Below, piece by piece: positions 57,349 through 64,000 of a DNA stretch of 64,000 nucleotides. The stretch is from an uncultured Bacteroidales bacterium. GTDB taxonomy: Bacteria > Bacteroidota > Bacteroidia > Bacteroidales > PUMT01. How positions within the stretch are numbered: position 1 is the first letter of the stretch; every line of letters starts with the position of its first letter. The translations under genes and the position numbers were made by a program. The stretch lies in assembly GCA_964421595.1 (NCBI GenBank), contig CAYQXY010000001.1:70524-134523 (forward strand). The letters run 5' to 3'. Below the pieces are notes generated by a model that saw only the letters and a list, made by a program, of their open reading frames with translations, was not told the origin of the DNA and did not search any database.

Positions 57349-57855
57349 TTACTCAGGCAGAACTACACCTTCAATTACATGAATAATTCCATTGGTACCT
57401 TTTAGATCGGTGGCCGTAACAAATGCAGTATTGCCTGATTCATCAGTCAGTTTAACTTTCCCCATGTCAAGAGAGGCAGTTAGTTTTCCGCCGCTGACAG
57501 TAGTTAATTCTGCCTTGCCATTACCATCGCTGATTGCTGACATTACCGCAGCCGCATCAAGATTACCGCTGTATACATGATAAGTCAGTATTTCAGCGAG
57601 CCGGGCCTTATTTTCAGGTTTCAGCAATTCCTCAACAGTACCTGCGGGCAATTTATCAAATGCCGCATTGGTTGGAGCAAACACCGTAAAAGGGCCACTG
57701 CCTTTAAGAGTTTCTACCAGACCAGCTGCTTTTACGGCAGCTACCAGAGTTGTATGGTCAGTCGATCCTGCTGCAATATCAACAACATCTTTTCCCTGAC
57801 TGAAAGCACTCATTGTTGTAATGAATGCAATTAAAATAATTGATAATTTTCTCAT
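57349..57855 (-). CDS. Fasciclin (FAS1) domain protein, secreted
   Basis: 168 aa with a signal peptide. FAS1 motifs are FTVFAPTNAAFDKLP and GIIHVIEGVVLP. Confidence 0.85.
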   Translation of the reverse strand: MRKLSIILIAFITTMSAFSQGKDVVDIAAGSTDHTTLVAAVKAAGLVETLKGSGPFTVFAPTNAAFDKLPAGTVEELLKPENKARLAEILTYHVYSGNLDAAAVMSAISDGNGKAELTTVSGGKLTASLDMGKVKLTDESGNTAFVTATDLKGTNGIIHVIEGVVLPE

Positions 57856-58049
57856 AATATTAATTGTTTTTTGTTTAACGTTTTTAATTACTCCTTAAAC
57901 ATCACAAAAATTGATTTGTTCATTATATATAAAAACAAATAACATATTTTAATACATACAGTAAATAAAACAGCTGTAAAATGCTGTTTTTATGCCTTTT
58001 ACACTTACATTAACTTGAGAGAAAATTTTCAACCAAATAGTTTTTCTAA

Positions 58050-58057
58050 TAATTTTG
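58050..58057 (+). promoter_or_regulatory. Candidate -7 box TAATTTTG about 250 nt upstream of the 58311 gene
   Basis: It is the only exact TAnnTTTG match I saw in the 455-nt spacer on the plus strand. Confidence 0.3.
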
Positions 58058-58310
58058 CAATATAGAGTTTCTACCTAAAGATTTAACAAAATACAATTCA
58101 ACTGAAATCTTCGAACCATTTCCACCGGAAGAAATCCGATCAAACCCATGATTACCTCCTCCTGTAGCAGTTAATGATCAACATCAAAATATGCCAATGT
58201 TGAAATTGACTCAGCTTACCGGAATTGGCTCACCTGAACGGGATAAACATAACCAATAGTTTGTTGTTACTTCTTTAAAACCTATCTGTTATTTTTAAAA
58301 CCTTAATAGT

Positions 58311-58823
58311 ATGGCAAAAACAAAGAAGCAAAAAAAAGCAGCCAACGTCATGACTGACGTTGCGATTAAAGATCTGATGAGCGAATATCTGGATATTTGT
58401 AACCGTGCAATTGATAAAAATGCCGGTAATTTCTGGTATGAGAAGGCAATACAACTTAATAACGCCATCTGGGAAAAGCCCTATTTCCGTGTTTCAGTCT
58501 ACGATAAGGACCCTGACAAAACACTGGAAGAGTTTATTGTTCATTTTAGCACCTATAATAACAGGCTAAGCCTTTCCCATTCAGTTAATGAAGTTGAGTT
58601 TTCCTGCAAATTCCCGTTAAGTTATATTGAAGATGTACTGACAAGGCCTGACTTCTACATTCAAAATCCATTGATGCTTGACTGGAAATGGTTTACTGAC
58701 AGGGTAAGTACCGGATCACAGACGTTTTTTCAAAATAACAAATATCTTTCAATTGGTCTTGGTCTGATAACAGGAGCCTTGTTGACTCTATTCCTGGTTC
58801 GCAGGTCATCAAAAAGGGAATGA
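58311..58823 (+). CDS. Hypothetical C-terminally membrane-anchored protein, translationally coupled to rtcB
   Basis: 170 aa with a basic N-terminus (MAKTKKQKKAAN), no motif I recognise and a C-terminal TM helix (LSIGLGLITGALLTLFLV). Its stop overlaps the rtcB start (ATGA at 58820-58823). Confidence 0.55.
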   Translation: MAKTKKQKKAANVMTDVAIKDLMSEYLDICNRAIDKNAGNFWYEKAIQLNNAIWEKPYFRVSVYDKDPDKTLEEFIVHFSTYNNRLSLSHSVNEVEFSCKFPLSYIEDVLTRPDFYIQNPLMLDWKWFTDRVSTGSQTFFQNNKYLSIGLGLITGALLTLFLVRRSSKRE

Positions 58824-59980
58824 TCAGGACAATTACAACAGAAAGGATTCCAATCAAGCTATGGCTTGATGACATAGAAGAAGGGGCTCTGCAGCAGGCC
58901 AGGGATATTGCAAACCTGCCGTTTTCCGCCTGTCATGTTGCCATTATGCCCGATGCTCACCAGGGTTTTGGAATGCCAATTGGCGGGGTCCTTGCCACAA
59001 GGGGATTTGTAATACCAAATGCAGTGGGAGTAGATATAGGCTGCGGTATGAGTGCCCTGAGAACTTCGCTTACGCATGCGTCTCATTCCGAACTTGTGAA
59101 AATTACCGAAGAGATTAAAAGGATTATTCCGTCAGGATTCAGACATCACAAGAAACCTGTAAGTGAAGGATTACTGCCTTCCATTAGCAATAAGCTCCCT
59201 GTTGTGGAACGAGAATCCGGCAATTCAGCTTTTCAGCTGGGAACACTCGGCGGAGGGAATCATTTTATCGAACTGCAGAAAGGGTCTGACGGATATATAT
59301 GGATAATGGTCCATTCCGGCAGCAGGAACCTTGGCAAGCAGGTGGCCGATCATTATTTCAGGGAAGCGGTGAAGCTCAATGAAAAGGAGTGGAAAAAAAA
59401 CAAAATTCCCCGCGAGCTTGCCTCCCTCCCGGTCGATTCAGACATCGGTCAATTATACCTGAACGAGATGCAGTATTGTATCAACTTCGCCTTTGCCAGC
59501 AGAAGAAAGATGATAGATGTAATCTCAGAAATCATTACCGGACACTTCAGAAATATCGACTTTAATGATTTCATCAATATTGCCCACAATTTTGCAAATA
59601 CAGAAACCCATTTCGGCGAGAGGCTCATAATTCACCGGAAGGGGGCGACATCGGCCAAAAAAAATGAGCGATGCATTATTCCCGGATCGCAGGGAACAAG
59701 CAGCTTTATTGCAACAGGAAAAGGTAACCCGGAAAGTTTCGAAAGCTGTTCACACGGAGCCGGAAGGGTAATGGGAAGGCGACAGGCCCGGAAACAGCTT
59801 GACCTTAAAAGGGAACGAAGACTTCTTGACGATAAAGGAATCATCCATAGCCTGTTAAGGCAAAACGACCTTGATGAGGCGACATCAGCATATAAGGATA
59901 TTAACCTGGTGATGAAGCTCCAGGAAGACCTGGTTGACCTTGATACTGAACTGCAGCCGCTGGCGGTAGTAAAGGGATGA
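58820..59980 (+). CDS. rtcB: RtcB-family RNA 3'-phosphate ligase (short form)
   Basis: 386 aa with GVDIGCGM, GGGNHFIE, HSGSRNLG, HRKGAT and SCSHGAGR, which carry the RtcB metal and GMP-histidine motifs. Confidence 0.85.
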   Translation: MIRTITTERIPIKLWLDDIEEGALQQARDIANLPFSACHVAIMPDAHQGFGMPIGGVLATRGFVIPNAVGVDIGCGMSALRTSLTHASHSELVKITEEIKRIIPSGFRHHKKPVSEGLLPSISNKLPVVERESGNSAFQLGTLGGGNHFIELQKGSDGYIWIMVHSGSRNLGKQVADHYFREAVKLNEKEWKKNKIPRELASLPVDSDIGQLYLNEMQYCINFAFASRRKMIDVISEIITGHFRNIDFNDFINIAHNFANTETHFGERLIIHRKGATSAKKNERCIIPGSQGTSSFIATGKGNPESFESCSHGAGRVMGRRQARKQLDLKRERRLLDDKGIIHSLLRQNDLDEATSAYKDINLVMKLQEDLVDLDTELQPLAVVKG

Positions 59981-60122
59981 TGATCAAGAATAAAGAGAAT
60001 CAGAAATTAGCAGGGAAAAAACTTCCCGGCATAAATGCAGCCTGAAAAGCTGAAAGTGATCCGGGAAATTTAATTATGATTATCCAGAATAATAATTCAC
60101 CTCACTCTTTGTGTAAAGAATG

Positions 60123-61322
60123 TTATTTTGCAGGTAAAAATTGCTGGGTAATTTTGCCGGACTTTTTCTCTTTAAGAATTCTTTTTACAGATCCGTCGGG
60201 CATTACCTCCTCCTTTACAAGTAAATGATCGGCATCAAAATCTTCAAATGCAGAAATAGACTCAGCCTTTTCCATTCCTCTCCATACATCAAGGTTTACC
60301 GGCTCCCATTTTTTTGATTTGACTGAACGGTAACATGCGTCCATTATTTCATTCACCACATACCCGTCATAAAAAGTTTCTGTGCATGGCTCACCTTTTT
60401 CCAAGGCATCAAACATATCGGTAAACATATTTGTATAGCCCAGTTCATGTATCTCGTCGCTAACAGGGAAAACCCACCCCTGGTTACTTTCGGCTTTCTC
60501 TGCCACATAACCCTTCTTCCCTCCGGCGGTAAACATCTCAATTCCTGTACGCAGAAAATTGTTGACCCATATTGTTCCCTCGGTACCCATTACCTCATCC
60601 CTGAGATCCATCCCACCACGGAACGACCAGCTTACTTCAAACTGCGCCATGGCACCTGAATCATATCTGACAAAACCAACTGCATTATCTTCAGCATCGA
60701 TGGGTTTTACAAGAGTATCAGCCCAGCAGATAACCTCAACAGGACGCACATCTTTTCCGATATATGACCTTGAAATCTCTATGCAGTGGCAGCCCATATC
60801 CAGAAGTACTCCTCCCCCCGAAACTTCGCGGTTCCAGAACCAGTCAGAATGAGGACCTGGATGTGTCTCCCTGGACCTGGCCCAGATGACGCTACCTATT
60901 GCACCGTTTTTTACAGATTTAACAGATGTAAGGGTTTTGGGCGTATATACCAGATCTTCCATATATCCGTTAAAAAGTCCCGCTTTCTCCACCGCATCGA
61001 GCATGATTTTTGCTTCAGAGGCATTTCTTCCAAGGGGCTTGGTACACAGTACTGCTTTTTTGGCTTCAACAGCCATCAATACAGCTTCCAGGTGCAGATT
61101 GTTAGGCAGGGCAACGACAACAACATCTACCTCAGGATTGTTGACAGCTTTGTACATATCGGTTGTCCACTCAGGTATACCATATTTTTTTGCAAAGGTG
61201 CTTCCCCTGGTTTCATCACGGGAATAAATAACCTGTACCTTATCTCTGCTGCGTTGTGCATGAATGGATTGAGTGTAGAAATCGCCTATAAATCCGGCGC
61301 CGAGCATAGCGATTTTAGCCAT
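60123..61322 (-). CDS. Gfo/Idh/MocA-family NAD(P)-dependent oxidoreductase
   Basis: 399 aa with an N-terminal Rossmann motif ([13 protein letters not shown]) and a family-typical EKP-like region (CTKPL). Confidence 0.8.
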   Translation of the reverse strand: MAKIAMLGAGFIGDFYTQSIHAQRSRDKVQVIYSRDETRGSTFAKKYGIPEWTTDMYKAVNNPEVDVVVVALPNNLHLEAVLMAVEAKKAVLCTKPLGRNASEAKIMLDAVEKAGLFNGYMEDLVYTPKTLTSVKSVKNGAIGSVIWARSRETHPGPHSDWFWNREVSGGGVLLDMGCHCIEISRSYIGKDVRPVEVICWADTLVKPIDAEDNAVGFVRYDSGAMAQFEVSWSFRGGMDLRDEVMGTEGTIWVNNFLRTGIEMFTAGGKKGYVAEKAESNQGWVFPVSDEIHELGYTNMFTDMFDALEKGEPCTETFYDGYVVNEIMDACYRSVKSKKWEPVNLDVWRGMEKAESISAFEDFDADHLLVKEEVMPDGSVKRILKEKKSGKITQQFLPAK

Positions 61323-61395
61323 AATTTTAAAGTTTTGGTTAACAGAAATAATTCAAGAAACTGTGTATTTCAGGAATAGAAATGGAATCTGTTAA

Positions 61396-61508
61396 CAAAT
61401 GTACATGAATTTCCCATCAACTGAAAATTCAACAGGGATAAAGACATTGCATGGGTAATCGACCTTCAGGTCAAATTTTTTTATCTGAAATTACACACAG
61501 ACAGATAA
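61396..61508 (+). repeat. Copy 2 of the paralogous intergenic unit; also carries the oxidoreductase -7 box on the other strand
   Basis: The ATG at 61405 opens MNFPSTENSTGIKTLHG*. It has the same GACCTTCAGGTC palindrome. The hairpin TTATCTG(N14)CAGATAA at 61481-61508 has a compensatory change relative to copy 1. The reverse complement of 61396-61403 is TACATTTG. Confidence 0.6.
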
Positions 61509-61541
61509 AAAAACAGGAGAATATCATCAAATTTCGCTAAT

Positions 61542-61586
61542 AAAAAAAAGCCGGGATCCCATTTAGAGATCCAGGCCTGTTTTTTG
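61542..61586. terminator. Bidirectional intrinsic terminator downstream of rpoD
   Basis: The sequence is AAAAAAAA-GCCGGGATC-ccatttaga-GATCCAGGC-CTGTTTTTT, with one mismatch in the stem. Confidence 0.6.
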
Positions 61587-61627
61587 GTTAATCCTCATTA
61601 TTCAAACCTCGATAGAATAATCCAGGC

Positions 61628-62488
61628 TTAACCGAGGTACATCCTTAAGAGTTTGTTCTTTGATTTATGCCGGAGCCTTTTCAAAGCTTTTTCCTTGATC
61701 TGCCTTGTACGTTCCTTGGTAAGACCCAGTTCTTCACCGATAGCCTCAAGCGACATTTCCTGCCGGCCAAGTCCGAAATAACATTCAAGCACATTTCGCT
61801 CTTTGTCAGTCAGTATACTCAGGGTACGGGTTATTTCTTTTCTCAGCGAGTCAACCATCAACTGTGAGTCGGCTATGGGAGAATCCTTGTTCTCCATTAC
61901 ATCAAGCAATGAATTGTCCTCCCCGTCAACAAACGGAGCATCGAAGGACATTGGACGGCCATTAAGCTTTAAGGTGCCGTCAACCTTCTCCTTGGTCATT
62001 TCAAGTTTCTCTGCAAGCTCCTCGGCTGAAGGATCCCTTTCATTTTCCTGCTCAAACCTGGAACTGATCTTATGTATCTTGCCCAATGAACCTACCTGGT
62101 TGAGAGGAAGTCTAACAACTCTTGCCTGTTCGGAGATCGCCTGTAAAATTGATTGTCTTATCCACCAGACAGCATAGGAAATAAATTTAAATCCCTTGGT
62201 CTCATCAAATTTAGTAGCTGCCTTTATCAGACCCAGGTTACCCTCATTAATCAGATCAGGCAGACTGAGCCCCTGGAACTGATACTGTTTGGCAACAGAT
62301 ACAACAAATCGTAAATTAGCCTTTACCATTTTCTCAAGTGCTGCCTGATCGCCGTTTCTAATCCGCTGGGCCAGTTCGACCTCCATTTCAGGGGAAATCA
62401 GATCTTCTTTACCTATCTCCTGAAGATACTTTTCAATAGAATTTGAATCACGGTTGGTGATCGATTTTGTTATTTTTAACTGCCTCAT
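61628..62488 (-). CDS. rpoD: Primary RNA polymerase sigma factor (short Bacteroidota SigA/RpoD)
   Basis: 286 aa. Region 2 is [11 protein letters not shown]...[18 protein letters not shown]...[13 protein letters not shown]. Region 4 is [20 protein letters not shown]. Confidence 0.9.
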   Translation of the reverse strand: MRQLKITKSITNRDSNSIEKYLQEIGKEDLISPEMEVELAQRIRNGDQAALEKMVKANLRFVVSVAKQYQFQGLSLPDLINEGNLGLIKAATKFDETKGFKFISYAVWWIRQSILQAISEQARVVRLPLNQVGSLGKIHKISSRFEQENERDPSAEELAEKLEMTKEKVDGTLKLNGRPMSFDAPFVDGEDNSLLDVMENKDSPIADSQLMVDSLRKEITRTLSILTDKERNVLECYFGLGRQEMSLEAIGEELGLTKERTRQIKEKALKRLRHKSKNKLLRMYLG

Positions 62489-62526
62489 ATATAATATTTT
62501 GTGTTTTATTTATAACCCGGTAACAA

Positions 62527-62811
62527 CTAATCTGTTTTATATTTTAACAAGACCGAATAGCGATCATTATTAATATTGTAATTCGGGGGATCGATCTTTT
62601 TCTCGATCAGTCCAAGTAATTCAAGTTCAAGTATATGGTTTGTTCCGGTTGGCTGAGAAATTTCAAACTCACGTATTATATCTCCAAATGAGGACGGCCC
62701 TTCCTTTTCCAATAATCCGAGGATGTCCATCTTCATTTTATCATTCAATATTTCCCTGGATCTCTCAATTGTTAGCTTTTCAACAATTTTGTTACCGGTT
62801 TGTTCATGCAT
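62527..62811 (-). CDS. Small winged-helix (ArsR/MarR-like) DNA-binding protein
   Basis: 94 aa. ILGLLEKEGPSSFGDIIREFEISQPTGTNHILELELLGLIEKK fits an HTH-plus-wing pattern. The call is weak. Confidence 0.45.
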   Translation of the reverse strand: MHEQTGNKIVEKLTIERSREILNDKMKMDILGLLEKEGPSSFGDIIREFEISQPTGTNHILELELLGLIEKKIDPPNYNINNDRYSVLLKYKTD

Positions 62812-62826
62812 ATCAGTTATTTTTTA

Positions 62827-63897
62827 TTATACCAGTTTCTTATCAATATAATTTGAATTCATTATATGAAGTGCGCCCATATAGTTAAGCCTGAATTCAA
62901 TCAGGTCTCCAACCTTGTATTTGGGTTTCCTCGTTCCCAGATCAATAACAATCATATCTGAACTTGCACCACAAATGTTAATCTGATTGTCAACCAGTTC
63001 AATGTTTTCAATATTGATATCAAGAAGGCCGATATCCAGAATTGCACGATATGCCTTCTTCCCGAGGTCTTTATTATCGAACTCCAGTTTTTCTCCAGCT
63101 ACATTGGTACCTATCTCCCCTACCGGAACTATAGGTTTTTCTGTCAGCTCAATTATTTCAGCATGCAACCGGAATAAACCGTTAACAAGGCCTTTTATAA
63201 GTTTACCTGAAAACAGGTCTTTGCCGAAAAACAAGCTTTCTCCTATACGGAAATGATCAACACAGGAAGGTAATATCCCTTTAACAAGCAGAGGTATAGT
63301 AACTGACGATCCTCCGGAAACATATGGGATTTTTCTGCTAAACTTTAATTCAATCAACTGTTTATATAACCCAAGCTGAATTAGCTTATCCTGACTAGGC
63401 ATTATACCATACAAACAGTTTAAGTTGGTCCCGATTCCTATTACCTCGATATTTGGAAGATTAAAAATTTTTCCATAAAAATCAACAACTTTATCTCCCA
63501 GCACCCCTTCCCTTAAATCACCCATTTCGATCATAATAATGATCTTGTGTATCTTGTTTTTTTTAAGTGCCTCATCATTCAGCAGCTTAATAGTATATAG
63601 TTCTGTATTAAGGCTGATATCAGCATATTCGATCACTGAACTTATTGCTCTTTTTGCCGGGGGTTTAATATAAATCGTTTCAATACCCGGATCAATACTT
63701 TTTATTACCTTCAGGTTACTTACCCTGGAATCGCAAACCTGTCTTATTCCCAGGTCAATTATTTCTTTCAGATACGATCTGTTCCCACATAATAACTTTG
63801 TAACGATACCCCACTCAATTTTATTTTGCCGGAACATTCCGTTCAATACATCATAATTGTGCTTTAGCTTCTTTTTATTTAGTTCTAAATATGCCAT
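62827..63897 (-). CDS. Alanine/ornithine-racemase-family PLP enzyme (YhfX/Orr-like)
   Basis: About 356 aa from ATG 63897 (MAYLELNKKKL...). It has an N-terminal TIM-barrel with the VTKLLCG lysine context and a C-terminal beta domain. Confidence 0.6.
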   Translation of the reverse strand: MAYLELNKKKLKHNYDVLNGMFRQNKIEWGIVTKLLCGNRSYLKEIIDLGIRQVCDSRVSNLKVIKSIDPGIETIYIKPPAKRAISSVIEYADISLNTELYTIKLLNDEALKKNKIHKIIIMIEMGDLREGVLGDKVVDFYGKIFNLPNIEVIGIGTNLNCLYGIMPSQDKLIQLGLYKQLIELKFSRKIPYVSGGSSVTIPLLVKGILPSCVDHFRIGESLFFGKDLFSGKLIKGLVNGLFRLHAEIIELTEKPIVPVGEIGTNVAGEKLEFDNKDLGKKAYRAILDIGLLDINIENIELVDNQINICGASSDMIVIDLGTRKPKYKVGDLIEFRLNYMGALHIMNSNYIDKKLV

Positions 63898-63910
63898 TCC
63901 TGTAATAAAA

Positions 63911-64000
63911 TTAAGTAACAACCTGTCTCGGTGTTCCTTCAGGCAGTCGTGTTAATAATTCATAATTTAGCTGATTACTGAACTCACTGAAGGATGCAAC
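63911..64000 (-). CDS. 3' end of a gene whose C-terminus resembles alanine racemase (partial)
   Basis: The minus-strand frame reads ...VASFSEFSNQLNYELLTRLPEGTPRQVVT*. The xxNYELLTRL tail resembles alanine racemase C-termini. Only 29 codons are visible. Confidence 0.4.
   Translation of the reverse strand, partial: VASFSEFSNQLNYELLTRLPEGTPRQVVT

Noticed and set aside
1-64000. Mobile elements, prophage, defence islands or toxin-antitoxin pairs
   Set aside because: No transposase, integrase, recombinase, phage structural protein, restriction-modification, Cas, reverse transcriptase or small paired toxin-like ORFs were seen in any frame. Gene content is core housekeeping throughout.

Overview
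The window looks like a core chromosomal segment of a Bacteroidota bacterium. Supporting signs are T9SS-type proteins (a PorV/PorQ-like barrel and a type-B C-terminal sorting domain), DUF5683 beside parAB, a short 286-aa primary sigma factor, TAnnTTTG -7 promoter boxes and no Shine-Dalgarno signals. About 60 mostly housekeeping genes are present:
- Left edge: a long KamA-type radical SAM gene running off the window, divergent from hydF.
- Envelope block: repeat outer-membrane protein, MBOAT plus SGNH partner, MltD-like transglycosylase, DUF5683, parB and parA.
- Lipid kinase, glutaminyl cyclase, HAD phosphatase and PorV/PorQ-like barrel.
- Phospholipid genes pssA, psd and cdsA.
- Respiratory island: SCO, ctaD, ctaE, subunit IV, ctaC fused to cytochrome c, ctaB and a copper chaperone, convergent with a complete alternative complex III (actABCDEF).
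- fprA, ftsH, rsfS, birA, pyrE, coaD, lon, rpmE2 and tRNA-His.
- An rtcB pair, rpoD, and two racemase-like genes.

I found no transposase, integrase, CRISPR array, rRNA or recognisable defence or toxin-antitoxin module.

The least ordinary signals are non-coding:
1. A family of fixed-length, orientation-specific cassettes of about 80 nt lies directly against the start codons of actD, psd and the copper chaperone. Each has a GATC-loop hairpin, then CACGTG, then TTTACTTATA, then ATTCGG. Partial copies precede MBOAT, cdsA and ctaD.
2. Two paralogous units of about 190 nt lie upstream of coaD and of a Gfo/Idh/MocA oxidoreductase. They share a conserved 17-codon ORF, a covarying hairpin and plus-strand terminators.
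3. A large nested inverted-repeat element follows hydF.
4. The tRNA-His has two acceptor-stem mismatches.
5. rtcB is translationally coupled to an unknown membrane-anchored protein.

All calls come from reading the sequence and ORF translations by eye. No database search was run.
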